Shown in pieces: positions 47,683-57,184 of a DNA stretch of 64,000 bases (its first letter is position 1; each line of letters starts with the position of its first letter). The position numbers were made by a program, and so were the translations under genes. The notes beneath the pieces are model-generated. The model saw only the letters and a list, made by a program, of their open reading frames with translations, made no database searches and was not told the origin of the DNA. Source of the DNA: a virus (lineage: Duplodnaviria > Caudoviricetes); IMG/VR virus record IMGVR_UViG_3300044612_001981, positions 16,900 to 80,899 of that record; one strand, written 5' to 3'.

Positions 47683-49089
47683 TTATTTAAGAAGTGTTCC
47701 AGTTACTTTGATTGTTGAATCGTTTACTGGATCTACTCTTAGCTGAACATTTGCACCAGATACTGATGCTGTAATTGTGCCTCTTGCCCCATTAGTTCCA
47801 ACGATTGCATACTCTGTAATTGCTACGTTGTCTGATGAATCTAGAGTTACTAGAATTTCTGATATTTCATTGTGTGTTCCGTTGTCAATCTTAACAACAA
47901 ACTTTCCTGAGCGGTAAGCCGCCTTTGGCCACTCGTATGCAGTTACAACAACTGATCCAAGTGATGTTGATGATGCTGCAATTTGCTTAGCCTCATCATT
48001 AATGTTTAATGCTGTGAATGCTGTAGTTCCATCTTGCTGTGCTGTGTTAGCTGCTGCTGCTGTTGCCTCTGCTGCTGCTTGAGCGGCGTTAGCCTTAGAT
48101 GTAGCATCTGCTGCTGCTGTGGCTTCTGCTGCAGACTGTGCTGCGTTAGCCTTAGATGTAGCATCTGCTGCTGCTGTTGCCTCTGCTGCTGCTTGAGCGG
48201 CGTTAGCCTTAGATGTAGCATCTGCTGCTGCTGTGGCTTCTGCTGCAGACTGTGCTGCGTTAGCCTTAGATGTAGCATCTGCTGATGCATTTGAAGCGGC
48301 AGTTGCAAGACTTGCAGTTACATCTGCTGAATTAGCCTTTGTTGCTAATGCTGATGTAAGAGTTGTTGTGTAATTAGCGTCGTCATTTATTGCTGCTGCC
48401 AATTCATTTAATGTGTTAAGAAGAGCTGGTGCTCCATCTACTAATGAATCTACTGCATTTGAAATTGCTGTATTACGGTTTGAAACCTCTGTTGATATTG
48501 CAGATGAAAGAGCTGATGCTGCAGTTGCTTCTGCTGCTGCTTGGGCTGCGTTAGCCTTTGTACTAGCATCGGTTGCTGCTGCAGAGATTGCTGCAGACTG
48601 TGCTGCGTTTGCCTTGCTTGTTGCATCTGCTGATGCAGTAGCTTCTGCTGCTGCTTGGGCTGCGTTAGCCTTTGAAGTTGCATCTGCTGCGGCAGTTGAA
48701 ACTGAAGCTGCATCTCCTGATACTCTAAGTGCTGCTTCTGCGGCTACCTTAGTTGTTGCATCAGTTGCTGCTGCTGTAATTGCAGCTGATTGTGCATTTG
48801 AAGCTTTTGTGCTTGCATCAGTTGCTGCTGCAGAGATTGCTGCTGCTTCAGCTGCTGAAGCGGAACCGTATGAGTCAAATGTATTAGCATTTACTGTAAG
48901 GTTACCTGAACCATCTACAGAAAATACTCCTGTATCTACTGACTTTACAAGTGTAGCTCCACCAACGAGGTTGAGAATATAGGAATCTCCACCTGTTTCT
49001 GTAAGTATATTTTGGCCACCGATTGTACCTGTGTTACCTTCTACAATGAGGCCTGATTTAATTCTAAAGTTTTTTACTACTGTTGCCAT
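47683..49089 (-). CDS. Ala-rich coiled-coil fibre protein
   Basis: 19-aa ADATSKANAAQxAAEATAA repeats; APALLNTLNELAAAINDD motif. Confidence 0.8.
   Translation of the reverse strand: MATVVKNFRIKSGLIVEGNTGTIGGQNILTETGGDSYILNLVGGATLVKSVDTGVFSVDGSGNLTVNANTFDSYGSASAAEAAAISAAATDASTKASNAQSAAITAAATDATTKVAAEAALRVSGDAASVSTAAADATSKANAAQAAAEATASADATSKANAAQSAAISAAATDASTKANAAQAAAEATAASALSSAISTEVSNRNTAISNAVDSLVDGAPALLNTLNELAAAINDDANYTTTLTSALATKANSADVTASLATAASNASADATSKANAAQSAAEATAAADATSKANAAQAAAEATAAADATSKANAAQSAAEATAAADATSKANAAQAAAEATAAAANTAQQDGTTAFTALNINDEAKQIAASSTSLGSVVVTAYEWPKAAYRSGKFVVKIDNGTHNEISEILVTLDSSDNVAITEYAIVGTNGARGTITASVSGANVQLRVDPVNDSTIKVTGTLLK
48051..48284. repeat. exact 114-bp tandem duplication (two 57-bp subunits each)
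   Basis: Sequence from 48051 recurs identically from 48165. Confidence 0.9.
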
Positions 49090-49117
49090 TTATATGACTC
49101 CTCTTACTGCTTTTTTG

Positions 49118-49675
49118 TTATGCCTTTAATGCTGTTCTTACAAATCTTACTGCAATTTCACCAGAAACAGGGGTGATTCTTAAACTAATTATACCTGAAT
49201 TTTCTTCAAAGGTATAGGTAAATAGGCTATTGTTTGTGTTTGATATGATGTTAGACTCTGATACTAGCATGTCTGATCCAGATTGTGTTGCCGTGATCTC
49301 AGATGCATAAACATCTGCTCCTCTTGTAACCTGAAGATTATATCTTACTGTTTTCCATGTATTTTTTGCAAATGAATCTACATTAGTTGCATTTTCAATT
49401 CCATAAACTGCAAGGTCATTATTGCCTTCTAGGCCAAGTAGCTCTATTACATTGTCTGTGCTGTTATCTAGGTCTCCTAGAATAGAGACTATATCGTTAA
49501 CTTTATAGGTTAAAGAATCTGGATCTTGTGACCCATCTATTCCTACCTTTATTTGAAGAGCTTCAATTGCATCATTTGCATTTGCATGTTGCTCTGAATG
49601 TGATGGCGCTGATAATTGATCAGTACCATTTGGATTAATTAATTCGTCTAGATTATTTGGAAAATTGGTGGCCAT
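49118..49675 (-). CDS. virion structural protein
   Basis: MATNFP..LD...NP...D......H..QH...NDAI.A.Q.K.G motif. Confidence 0.7.
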   Translation of the reverse strand: MATNFPNNLDELINPNGTDQLSAPSHSEQHANANDAIEALQIKVGIDGSQDPDSLTYKVNDIVSILGDLDNSTDNVIELLGLEGNNDLAVYGIENATNVDSFAKNTWKTVRYNLQVTRGADVYASEITATQSGSDMLVSESNIISNTNNSLFTYTFEENSGIISLRITPVSGEIAVRFVRTALKA

Positions 49676-49747
49676 GGGCTACCCCCCTTGTGTAAGTCTT
49701 GTTACTTAGTCAATTATATCCTAGAAATATTTATAATTCGTTAAAAT

Positions 49748-49978
49748 TTACCATTTGCCTATTGGGCACTTTGCCGCCTGTAGTTTTGTTTTTAGATTCA
49801 TTATACATCCGCATTTTTTGCATTGGGATGTCAGGCTTATTAGTTCTGGGCATGATCTGCATATTGACATTCTTGAATTTGATACTTCTTCTTCAGCATG
49901 CATTGTCATTGGATTTAACAAGTCTAAGGGGGTAACTCCGTTTTTATCTTTGTACTCTTGCCACCTTGATTTAGCCAC
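49748..49978 (-). CDS. small Cys-rich protein
   Basis: R..IC..CP......CKKCGC....K......CP..KW; GTG start with AAGGAG RBS. Confidence 0.75.
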   Translation of the reverse strand: MAKSRWQEYKDKNGVTPLDLLNPMTMHAEEEVSNSRMSICRSCPELISLTSQCKKCGCIMNLKTKLQAAKCPIGKW

Positions 49979-50014
49979 AATATCTCCTTAAAATAAGTAA
50001 GATAACATTATACA

Positions 50015-50437
50015 TTAATTATGGTCTGTTTTTCTATTCTGAATAGGGTGCCATTCTAAAAGAGAGGACATATCTGCATTTAAAATAGTAAACTTTTCTC
50101 CATCAAATGTTGCATGAGGAGAAACTACGTACATCCCATATGGATAGTCTAATAAATTTAATACCTGTGGGTTACTTAATAAAATGCTGCCAAAATACTC
50201 TGAAGTTTGAAAGTCATCAATTGTAATTCCGTCTTTTATAAATCTAACAGTAATTCCATTATGATCTGGATGCTCTTCGGAAACATCAATAACTTCATCA
50301 TGGCTTACAAACATATTGGCATAGTTTTGCCATGTTGGTATATCATATAAACATTCTCCATCTATAACCCAAACTAAAGGTACTCCATTTACGCCGTCTT
50401 CGGCTCTAACGTATAAAATACTTGAATCTGTTAACAT
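50015..50437 (-). CDS. hypothetical protein
   Basis: AAAGGA RBS; follows mosaic FFxPP gene. Confidence 0.7.
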   Translation of the reverse strand: MLTDSSILYVRAEDGVNGVPLVWVIDGECLYDIPTWQNYANMFVSHDEVIDVSEEHPDHNGITVRFIKDGITIDDFQTSEYFGSILLSNPQVLNLLDYPYGMYVVSPHATFDGEKFTILNADMSSLLEWHPIQNRKTDHN

Positions 50438-50455
50438 AGTATTCCTTTCATATTA

Positions 50456-52927
50456 TTAACATCCTGATCCTGCAAAGTTTTGTGCACCGCTACATGTTGC
50501 TCCAGAACCACATCCACTATTATCGCAACCACCACTGCTACAAATAGCCATTGATATATTTGCAGATGTACAAAGTCTACCAGAAGATGGTGCTGGAACA
50601 AAAGCTGGTGGTGCAAAGAAGCTGGGTGGCGCAAAGAAGTTAGGTGGCGCAAAGAAGCTAGGTGGGAAGAACGGTGGCGCAAAGAAGTTAGGTGGCGCAA
50701 AGAAGCTAGGTGGCGCAAAGAAGCTAGGTGGGAAGAACGGTGGCGCAAATGTGACGTTGCAGCCTTGTGGTGTTGTATACACTCCACCGCTTAGTGTAAC
50801 AAATGCTTCGTTTGCAGAACATTTTGCACTTAGTCCAGTAACTGCCTCTGATGAAGAAGTATAGCTTCCACTTACTCCTCCTCCATCACTACAACATCCA
50901 TAATAAGTTATTGCTTGCGCTGGCGGAGTACAAGATTGAGTTTGTGTTTCTGTGTATGCTGTACAAGATGACCCTTGATAGTTTGTTCTTGTTCTAGTTT
51001 GAGAACCCTGAGCAGAGCATGTGCTCCATGCACTCCATGCACCTGGTGCAGGACATGAAATTAAATCACCGCAGCATTGCTGTCCAACACTTATTGCATA
51101 AGTTGTAGAGTTGCCAAGAAGTGTTCTTCCTAGTTCAGCACAAGTATATGCTGCTGCATTTGTTATGGTTCCTGGGCATGCTGGTTTTTCTGTTACTGGT
51201 GGGAAAGCTGGCGGAGCTTGATAAGTAAACTTATAGACAGTGATTGTAGGTATAGGAGAAGCATTTACAACTGTTCCAGCGGCTGGAGATTGTGAAGACA
51301 CTTGCCCCTCTTTAGTATAGTCAGTTGTACTGACTGATGTTCCTACGGAAATATTGTAACTTGATGTGCTAGAAGGATTATATGTTCCAACTAAGTTTGG
51401 AATTGTATAATTTGTAGGAACACATACTGGGGTTCTAGATACTCCTCCTTGAACCTGATTATTAATTCCTGGCTCTGCTTCAGCACATGCTGCATTTAAT
51501 CCTGTAAGAGCTGCAGAGCTATTTGCATATGTTCCAGATACTCCGTCTCCATTGTTGCAGCATGCCCAATATTGAACTGGTGAAGTAGGCTCTTCTGCTT
51601 CCTTTGTTGTAGATGCAACTGAGTTACTGCTATATGTTTTTGAGGTAGTATTTAAATCGGTGGTCAATACATAAACAGAAGATGTTATTGACTTGTTGTC
51701 ATATTGTGTTGTATCGCCTAGATTTAAGCTGCTTCCAATTCCAAACGGTATATTGGAGCCATCCGCATACCATTCATGTATATATGAATATATTGAATCT
51801 GAGTTACTCCATGTTCCGTTTGTTGATGTAAATGATCTTCCAGTTCCAGAAACTGTTGGTGCAACTTGATTTACTGGTAAAGGAACTGATGGATAAGTAA
51901 TAGAAAGTGGAGGGAAAGAACTCCATGAAGTATCTGTAAATCTTGGAGCTGTTCCAGTAACTGTAATTGTAAATGAACCAAATGTAGTTCCGCCTACACC
52001 AATTCTATCAATTTCATAAGATGTTGCTGATGCACCAAGACCTGATAGATAAGAGCTTGTATAAAGCTCTCCGTTATTATAAATAATCCACTCTGTAGGC
52101 TGAATTAAATTTAATGACCAACTAAATGTTCCGCCACTTGATTTTGAAACAAGGCTTGATGTTACTGCAGGCTTATTTGGCTTTACATCAGAGACTGATG
52201 CATTAGCACCAATACCTTGAACTGTAGTTCCGCTAATATTAGATGTATTTAGTGGTCTTACTAATAACAAAAGTCCGCCGCTTCCATTTCCAGTATCTAT
52301 CTCATATGTATTTACATCTCCAGCAAGCTGTATTTCTCCAGAAGCGGCACCTGAATATTGTATATAAAAATCATTTGCTCCAATTGGCTTTGTCCAATCT
52401 ACTTTTATTACTCCATTTGATACTACAGATGCAGATACAACAGAAAGTTTTTGTGGACCTATTAACGGGCTCGGTAAAGTATAAACATCTGGATCATTAT
52501 CTCCAGCAGCATTTGTAGCTGTTACCTTGCACCTTACAACATACCCAACATACTTTAAAGTTCTAGTAGAATTCCATTCGTCTTCATCTAATTGAAGTGT
52601 ATTTGATGTCTTGCCTGTAATGTTTGACCAATTATATGAAGACCCAGTCCATGCTGCTTTTTGCCATTGATATTTAAATGAAGTTGGAGAATTTTCCCAG
52701 ACACCGTTTGAAACAGAAACAGTTTCTTGTGCTGCATACCAGAAAGCTCCTCCTTGTAATGAAAGTATAGGAAGCTCTGTGTTTTTTGGCTTTAAGTCAA
52801 GTAGGGATTTCCATTCAGACCCATCCCATATATATGCCGCTTTAGATTCATTCCATGTGCTTCCATCATGAATCTGTACTTTTTTTAAAGGATTCCAACT
52901 GGAACCGTCAAAAATATTTAGCGGCAT
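50456..52927 (-). CDS. mosaic virion/adhesin protein: Ig-like, FN3-like, Cys-rich, PASTA-like, TSP1-like, FFxPP repeats
   Basis: P.N...P.....V.NG.W...P..F.YQW Ig-like units; IPNLVG...GQV.SQSP.AG; WSAWSTC...G.QTRTR. Confidence 0.8.
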   Translation of the reverse strand: MPLNIFDGSSWNPLKKVQIHDGSTWNESKAAYIWDGSEWKSLLDLKPKNTELPILSLQGGAFWYAAQETVSVSNGVWENSPTSFKYQWQKAAWTGSSYNWSNITGKTSNTLQLDEDEWNSTRTLKYVGYVVRCKVTATNAAGDNDPDVYTLPSPLIGPQKLSVVSASVVSNGVIKVDWTKPIGANDFYIQYSGAASGEIQLAGDVNTYEIDTGNGSGGLLLLVRPLNTSNISGTTVQGIGANASVSDVKPNKPAVTSSLVSKSSGGTFSWSLNLIQPTEWIIYNNGELYTSSYLSGLGASATSYEIDRIGVGGTTFGSFTITVTGTAPRFTDTSWSSFPPLSITYPSVPLPVNQVAPTVSGTGRSFTSTNGTWSNSDSIYSYIHEWYADGSNIPFGIGSSLNLGDTTQYDNKSITSSVYVLTTDLNTTSKTYSSNSVASTTKEAEEPTSPVQYWACCNNGDGVSGTYANSSAALTGLNAACAEAEPGINNQVQGGVSRTPVCVPTNYTIPNLVGTYNPSSTSSYNISVGTSVSTTDYTKEGQVSSQSPAAGTVVNASPIPTITVYKFTYQAPPAFPPVTEKPACPGTITNAAAYTCAELGRTLLGNSTTYAISVGQQCCGDLISCPAPGAWSAWSTCSAQGSQTRTRTNYQGSSCTAYTETQTQSCTPPAQAITYYGCCSDGGGVSGSYTSSSEAVTGLSAKCSANEAFVTLSGGVYTTPQGCNVTFAPPFFPPSFFAPPSFFAPPNFFAPPFFPPSFFAPPNFFAPPSFFAPPAFVPAPSSGRLCTSANISMAICSSGGCDNSGCGSGATCSGAQNFAGSGC
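50606..50749 (-). repeat. second FF(x)PP repeat tract (9 units)
   Basis: FAPPFFPPSFFAPPSFFAPPNFFAPP... Confidence 0.95.
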
Positions 52928-52936
52928 TTGGTCTCC

Positions 52937-54583
52937 TTAGTATTGAATGTAGATGTCTCCAGCAGAGTTTCCGCTTGAAGGTGGTGTTATATCTGTTCCA
53001 TAAGTAATTTTATTAATATTTGATCCTGATATACCATTTGTGTATCCAGTAACAACAGTTCCGCCAAGTGCTATCGCTGTTCCATTTATGGTAATTGAGT
53101 TATTTTCAAGCATTGTATTTGATATTGCTGGCACAGCAGATGTTAATATCTTACCTTCTGAATCTAGACCAGCATACCCATTGCTTTGGTTTCTTTCATT
53201 TTCTGGCTGATACCCACCAAGTGAGTTTTCTATTCCTTCTATTGCCAAGTCAGTGTAATCATTAGCAGAGGTTAAAGTAGAAGCCAAACCTGAAGTTAGG
53301 TTGATGGCTGTTGCATATCCAGATATTAATGACCCTGCTGGTATTGTAACTGTACCAGTAAATGTAGGAGAAGCAATTGGTGCAAACCCTGCAATACTTG
53401 CTCCTGCTGGTATTGTAACTGTACCAGTAAATGTAGGAGAAGCAATTGGTGCTTTTGTTGCAAGCGATGTTGCTACTGCTGATGCAGCAGTTTGATCTTG
53501 TGCAATATAGTCTGAAATTTCTTTAAGTGTATCAAACGCAGTCGGTGCAGAATTAATAACTCCTTCAATTGCAGACACTATATCTGAAGACCTTGCTATT
53601 GTTAATGGTATAGTAGATTCTAATATTTTACTATTTGAGTCTAAACCAGCAACACCTCCTGAAGAATTTCTATCTGAAACTGGAATGTAGTTTGTTAATT
53701 CTGAAATTGGAGCATAGTTAGTTAAGTTAGTATTAATTTCTGTTCTTAAATCATCGACTGCTGTTAATGCAGATACAAGCACAGATGTTCTAGCATTGTT
53801 TGTGGCTGAAATTGCTCTAGCATTAGTAAAATATAAATTGCTGCCTTCTGGAACGTCTGAAGTAGAAGATATGTTTGATATAGGGGGGATAAAACCTGAA
53901 AGTGCTTCGTCTGTATATTCCTTGGCCCCAGCGACTTCTTGATCTACATAGCCTCTTGTTTGTGTAATAAGTGGATTTACTATGTTATCAACTCTAGACT
54001 CTGTAAAATAAAGCCTTGTGCCTTCTTCTATATCAGAGGTTGTTAAAGAGTTTATTGATGATGTTGTAAATTCTTCAGCATCTGCTTTAGCAGTAATAAG
54101 TGCTGCTGCAACTTTATCTGTTGCGTCTATTGCTGCAGCGAGTTTAGCAGCATTAACTTTTGCGGTAGAGTCTGATTTTGCTTCTAATAAAGCGGAAGCT
54201 GCAGATCCTTCTAAATCAAATAATCCTTCTACTGCATTTACTGCTCTTCCTGGTGTAAAATAAAGTCTTGTTCCTTCTGATATATCAGAGCTAGTTATTG
54301 AAGACAAAGCATTTTGTATTGCAAGCAGAGCTTCGGAATCTAATGAAACTTGATCTGGAAGCTGGGATAAAGGAATTTTGCCATCTGAATTTAATGTAGC
54401 AACTCCGTTAGCCATTCCAGGCTTAAGGGCATAAGAAGTTATTGAATTCCATCTTTGAGTTCCATTGCCTATTTTAAACTTAAGTGTATCTGTCTCAATA
54501 CCAATTTCACCATTTAAAAGTAATGGATTGTTTGCTGTCCAGTTTGCTGCTATGTCTCTTCTTAATTGAATTTTATATGCCAT
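52937..54583 (-). CDS. fibre protein with Mtd-like N-terminal anchor
   Basis: IQLRRD...NW...NP.L..GE.G.ETDT.K.KIG.G; SD..EG..LYFT..R and GVA.LD..GK repeats. Confidence 0.8.
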   Translation of the reverse strand: MAYKIQLRRDIAANWTANNPLLLNGEIGIETDTLKFKIGNGTQRWNSITSYALKPGMANGVATLNSDGKIPLSQLPDQVSLDSEALLAIQNALSSITSSDISEGTRLYFTPGRAVNAVEGLFDLEGSAASALLEAKSDSTAKVNAAKLAAAIDATDKVAAALITAKADAEEFTTSSINSLTTSDIEEGTRLYFTESRVDNIVNPLITQTRGYVDQEVAGAKEYTDEALSGFIPPISNISSTSDVPEGSNLYFTNARAISATNNARTSVLVSALTAVDDLRTEINTNLTNYAPISELTNYIPVSDRNSSGGVAGLDSNSKILESTIPLTIARSSDIVSAIEGVINSAPTAFDTLKEISDYIAQDQTAASAVATSLATKAPIASPTFTGTVTIPAGASIAGFAPIASPTFTGTVTIPAGSLISGYATAINLTSGLASTLTSANDYTDLAIEGIENSLGGYQPENERNQSNGYAGLDSEGKILTSAVPAISNTMLENNSITINGTAIALGGTVVTGYTNGISGSNINKITYGTDITPPSSGNSAGDIYIQY

Positions 54584-55038
54584 TATGAATTACCTCCATC
54601 GAGTGATGGTGCATCAAAGTCTTCAGACCCTCCGCCTCCCAAAACCTCTTCTTCTATTACTGTTGTACCATCAAACAAACCTGCATCAAACAAGTTTTCT
54701 TGAACAAATGACGGGTTGGATAAATTACTATTTGGTAAGCCACCATCATAGCCTATTATTTCAGGCAAAACTAATCCTGGTGTGTCAGGGTTATTTAAAT
54801 TCTTAAAGTCAATTTGATTCTGTATATCTATTGTATGTACATCTCCATCAAATGTGTGAGTGTGCATATAGAATGGAGTTGGATCTGTGCTTGGAGGAGT
54901 AAGCTCTATCCAAGTAGTTCCATTGTGAACACGCAAGTTTTTTGTAGTAGTATTTATGTATACTTCTCCAACTTGCCCAAATGCTGGGTCTGTTGACAAG
55001 GCTAATAGCCTTAAAGGTACCAGCATCTGTCTAGACAT
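54583..55038 (-). CDS. virion structural protein
   Basis: GEVY.NTT....V.NG..W motif; DGG-rich tail; TAATG coupling. Confidence 0.65.
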   Translation of the reverse strand: MSRQMLVPLRLLALSTDPAFGQVGEVYINTTTKNLRVHNGTTWIELTPPSTDPTPFYMHTHTFDGDVHTIDIQNQIDFKNLNNPDTPGLVLPEIIGYDGGLPNSNLSNPSFVQENLFDAGLFDGTTVIEEEVLGGGGSEDFDAPSLDGGNS

Positions 55039-55040
55039 GA

Positions 55041-56012
55041 TTAGCCTACTACAACTACTCTGTATTCTCCAGCTGATGGAGCGGATGCAAAGTTGATTGT
55101 TACTGAATTAGCATTTGGTCTAAGAACATCTGCCTCAACTTGTGCATATGGTACGGCAGCTTCAAATATTTGAACTGTCACATCTGTTGTTCCTAAATTG
55201 TGTGTAATTGTATAAGATGTTGCAGATGCGCCTAAAGTCTGTGCGAACTTTCTTGCAATATCATGATAGTTTGATCCATTATTTGTTAATGTCCATTTAT
55301 CGGATGTTTCGTTCCATAGTATTTCTACATCTGATTCTGTTCCACGCTCTACTGTTAATCCAGCATCTGTTGTTGGAGCTCCAGTAAAATTGCTATTAAG
55401 CTTTACTTTATTATCTTCTATGTTTATCTGTGTTGTATTTACAGAATTAACTGTTCCAATAACATTTAAGTTTCCGCCAACTTGCAAGTTTCCAGTTATT
55501 TCAACATTGTCTGGCAAGCCAATTGTTACAGCAGCATTGTGTCCACTGTTTGGAGAAACAGTAACTTCATTTGCTGTTCCAACAATTGTTGCTACATAAT
55601 CACCAGTTGTTTGTTCGTCAAGCGGGATTATTAAATCTACTTCTGAAGCATTAGTTAATCTACCTTGTGCATCTACTGTAAATGTAGGAACCTTGGTATC
55701 AGAACCATAAGTACCAGCAGTAACTGCTGTATTATCTAAATCTATTGTTGTTGTGCCAGTTGAATCATTATAAGATTTTGTTAGACCAACTCCGCCATTT
55801 ATATATGAACCAATAGCATCTTGAATGACTTCTAGTGAACCAGATGTAGAGATCCACTCTGTACCATTCCAGAAGTACATAATGTTGTCTTGAGAATTGT
55901 AATAAATTTGACCTGATACTGGACTCGATGGAGCAGAACCTAAGTTTTGAATTCTAGCATTGAGTAACTCATTCTTGTTTAGATCAACGCTAACTAAAAA
56001 TTTTCTTGCCAT
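55041..56012 (-). CDS. virion fibre/structural protein
   Basis: P.SGQIYY, G.YG....VP...[15 protein letters not shown] motifs. Confidence 0.7.
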   Translation of the reverse strand: MARKFLVSVDLNKNELLNARIQNLGSAPSSPVSGQIYYNSQDNIMYFWNGTEWISTSGSLEVIQDAIGSYINGGVGLTKSYNDSTGTTTIDLDNTAVTAGTYGSDTKVPTFTVDAQGRLTNASEVDLIIPLDEQTTGDYVATIVGTANEVTVSPNSGHNAAVTIGLPDNVEITGNLQVGGNLNVIGTVNSVNTTQINIEDNKVKLNSNFTGAPTTDAGLTVERGTESDVEILWNETSDKWTLTNNGSNYHDIARKFAQTLGASATSYTITHNLGTTDVTVQIFEAAVPYAQVEADVLRPNANSVTINFASAPSAGEYRVVVVG

Positions 56013-56026
56013 TTTTTATCTCCTTT

Positions 56027-56464
56027 TTAGGACAGGTATGCTGTCCCCGAAAATGGCTGAGCCATTGTCAATGTTATTTGGTTAATACTATTATAGTCTA
56101 TTCCAGTTTCTAACAAGTCACCTGAACTTGACTTAACAGAAACATTAGGGTGAAATTGTAAATTATGGGTAATTGATACAGAATATACTCCATTTACTGG
56201 GCCAGATATTTGGCTCATTTCCCAAGAGTACATATAGGAAACTTGCTTGTCTAAAATAAAGCTGCTGTCCACATCCCAAGAATCTGAGTCCAATGATTTT
56301 GGCCCCCAAAACCTTGTAGTTAATGTATCAAAATAAAAATCTCCTGGGGATCCTAATGAATTTGCTGGATTTCCTTCGCCACTTATTATTGTTCTTCCAG
56401 GAGAGCCAGAAGCTCTTACTACTACTAGTGGATTATTTTCGGTTACTATTAGGCGGGTTGCCAT
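56027..56464 (-). CDS. virion structural protein
   Basis: G.G.P....G..GDFY.D......GPK; I.HNL...P.V; F.G.AYL. Confidence 0.65.
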   Translation of the reverse strand: MATRLIVTENNPLVVVRASGSPGRTIISGEGNPANSLGSPGDFYFDTLTTRFWGPKSLDSDSWDVDSSFILDKQVSYMYSWEMSQISGPVNGVYSVSITHNLQFHPNVSVKSSSGDLLETGIDYNSINQITLTMAQPFSGTAYLS

Positions 56465-56808
56465 TATAAGGTTACCGCCCTATTCAAGGTTAGATATCCT
56501 TCTAGAAGTCTTGTTATATTAACGCTTGGGTCAATTAATACTAAATCATACGCCGATTTTGGATAAAAAAGTTTTTTAGTTCTTTCTGATGAAACCGAAA
56601 TAGAAAGCTTTCCTAATGATGGAGTTATTGTAATGCCATCTTGATCCGTCAAAGTAAATGCTAATTTTTTTCCACCTTGAGTATCTCTTACTTGCATTTT
56701 AGCGGTGTGGTGATTTAATTGTATAGGGACATTATCTTCGTCTAAGTATTGAACTTCAAACGTAAATGTGGTGTTTTCGTCTACTTGAAAATTTTTTTGC
56801 GCTGCCAT
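56464..56808 (-). CDS. virion structural protein (BppU N-terminal-like)
   Basis: TF...Y.D.....I.L....AKMQVR...YDL...RLLEG pattern. Confidence 0.6.
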   Translation of the reverse strand: MAAQKNFQVDENTTFTFEVQYLDEDNVPIQLNHHTAKMQVRDTQGGKKLAFTLTDQDGITITPSLGKLSISVSSERTKKLFYPKSAYDLVLIDPSVNITRLLEGYLTLNRAVTL

Positions 56809-56875
56809 TTTATACCCCTAAAGAGAAATGCCCTTACACTATTTTAGCATAAGGGCATTCCTAATTGACTAATAA

Positions 56876-57118
56876 TTACTTAGACTTAAATCCGAAGCTG
56901 TGGTCGCTAGGCGACAAAGCCTTCAAAATAACTGGGGCAATTGCTGCAAATCCAGCAGCTACTAAATCTTTTGGATCTGTATTTCCAGTCATGTAAAGAG
57001 CCATTGCTGCGGCTAAAAATGCTCTTCCGTAAGAGCCTAGTGCAGATAAAATTTGTTCTTGCATAGTTACTTTCCCGTCTTTATTTAAATCAGCTTTATC
57101 AAAATTTTTGATAGCCAT
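56876..57118 (-). CDS. holin-like membrane protein with N-terminal EF-hand loop
   Basis: DLNKDGKVTMQE then two hydrophobic helices; ATG 57118 has GGAG RBS. Confidence 0.65.
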   Translation of the reverse strand: MAIKNFDKADLNKDGKVTMQEQILSALGSYGRAFLAAAMALYMTGNTDPKDLVAAGFAAIAPVILKALSPSDHSFGFKSK

Positions 57119-57184
57119 ATTATCATCTCCATTTGGGCGGTGTTGCCCATGAATTTTGGTTTTACCCAATACTTAATTCTACCA

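Noticed and set aside
48006-48982. Poly-Gln and poly-Cys ORFs
   Set aside because: Frame and strand shadows of Ala-rich GCA/GCT repeats.
44199-54583. Diversity-generating retroelement suggested by Mtd-like N-termini
   Set aside because: No reverse transcriptase and no template/variable repeat pair seen; only the anchor domain is shared.
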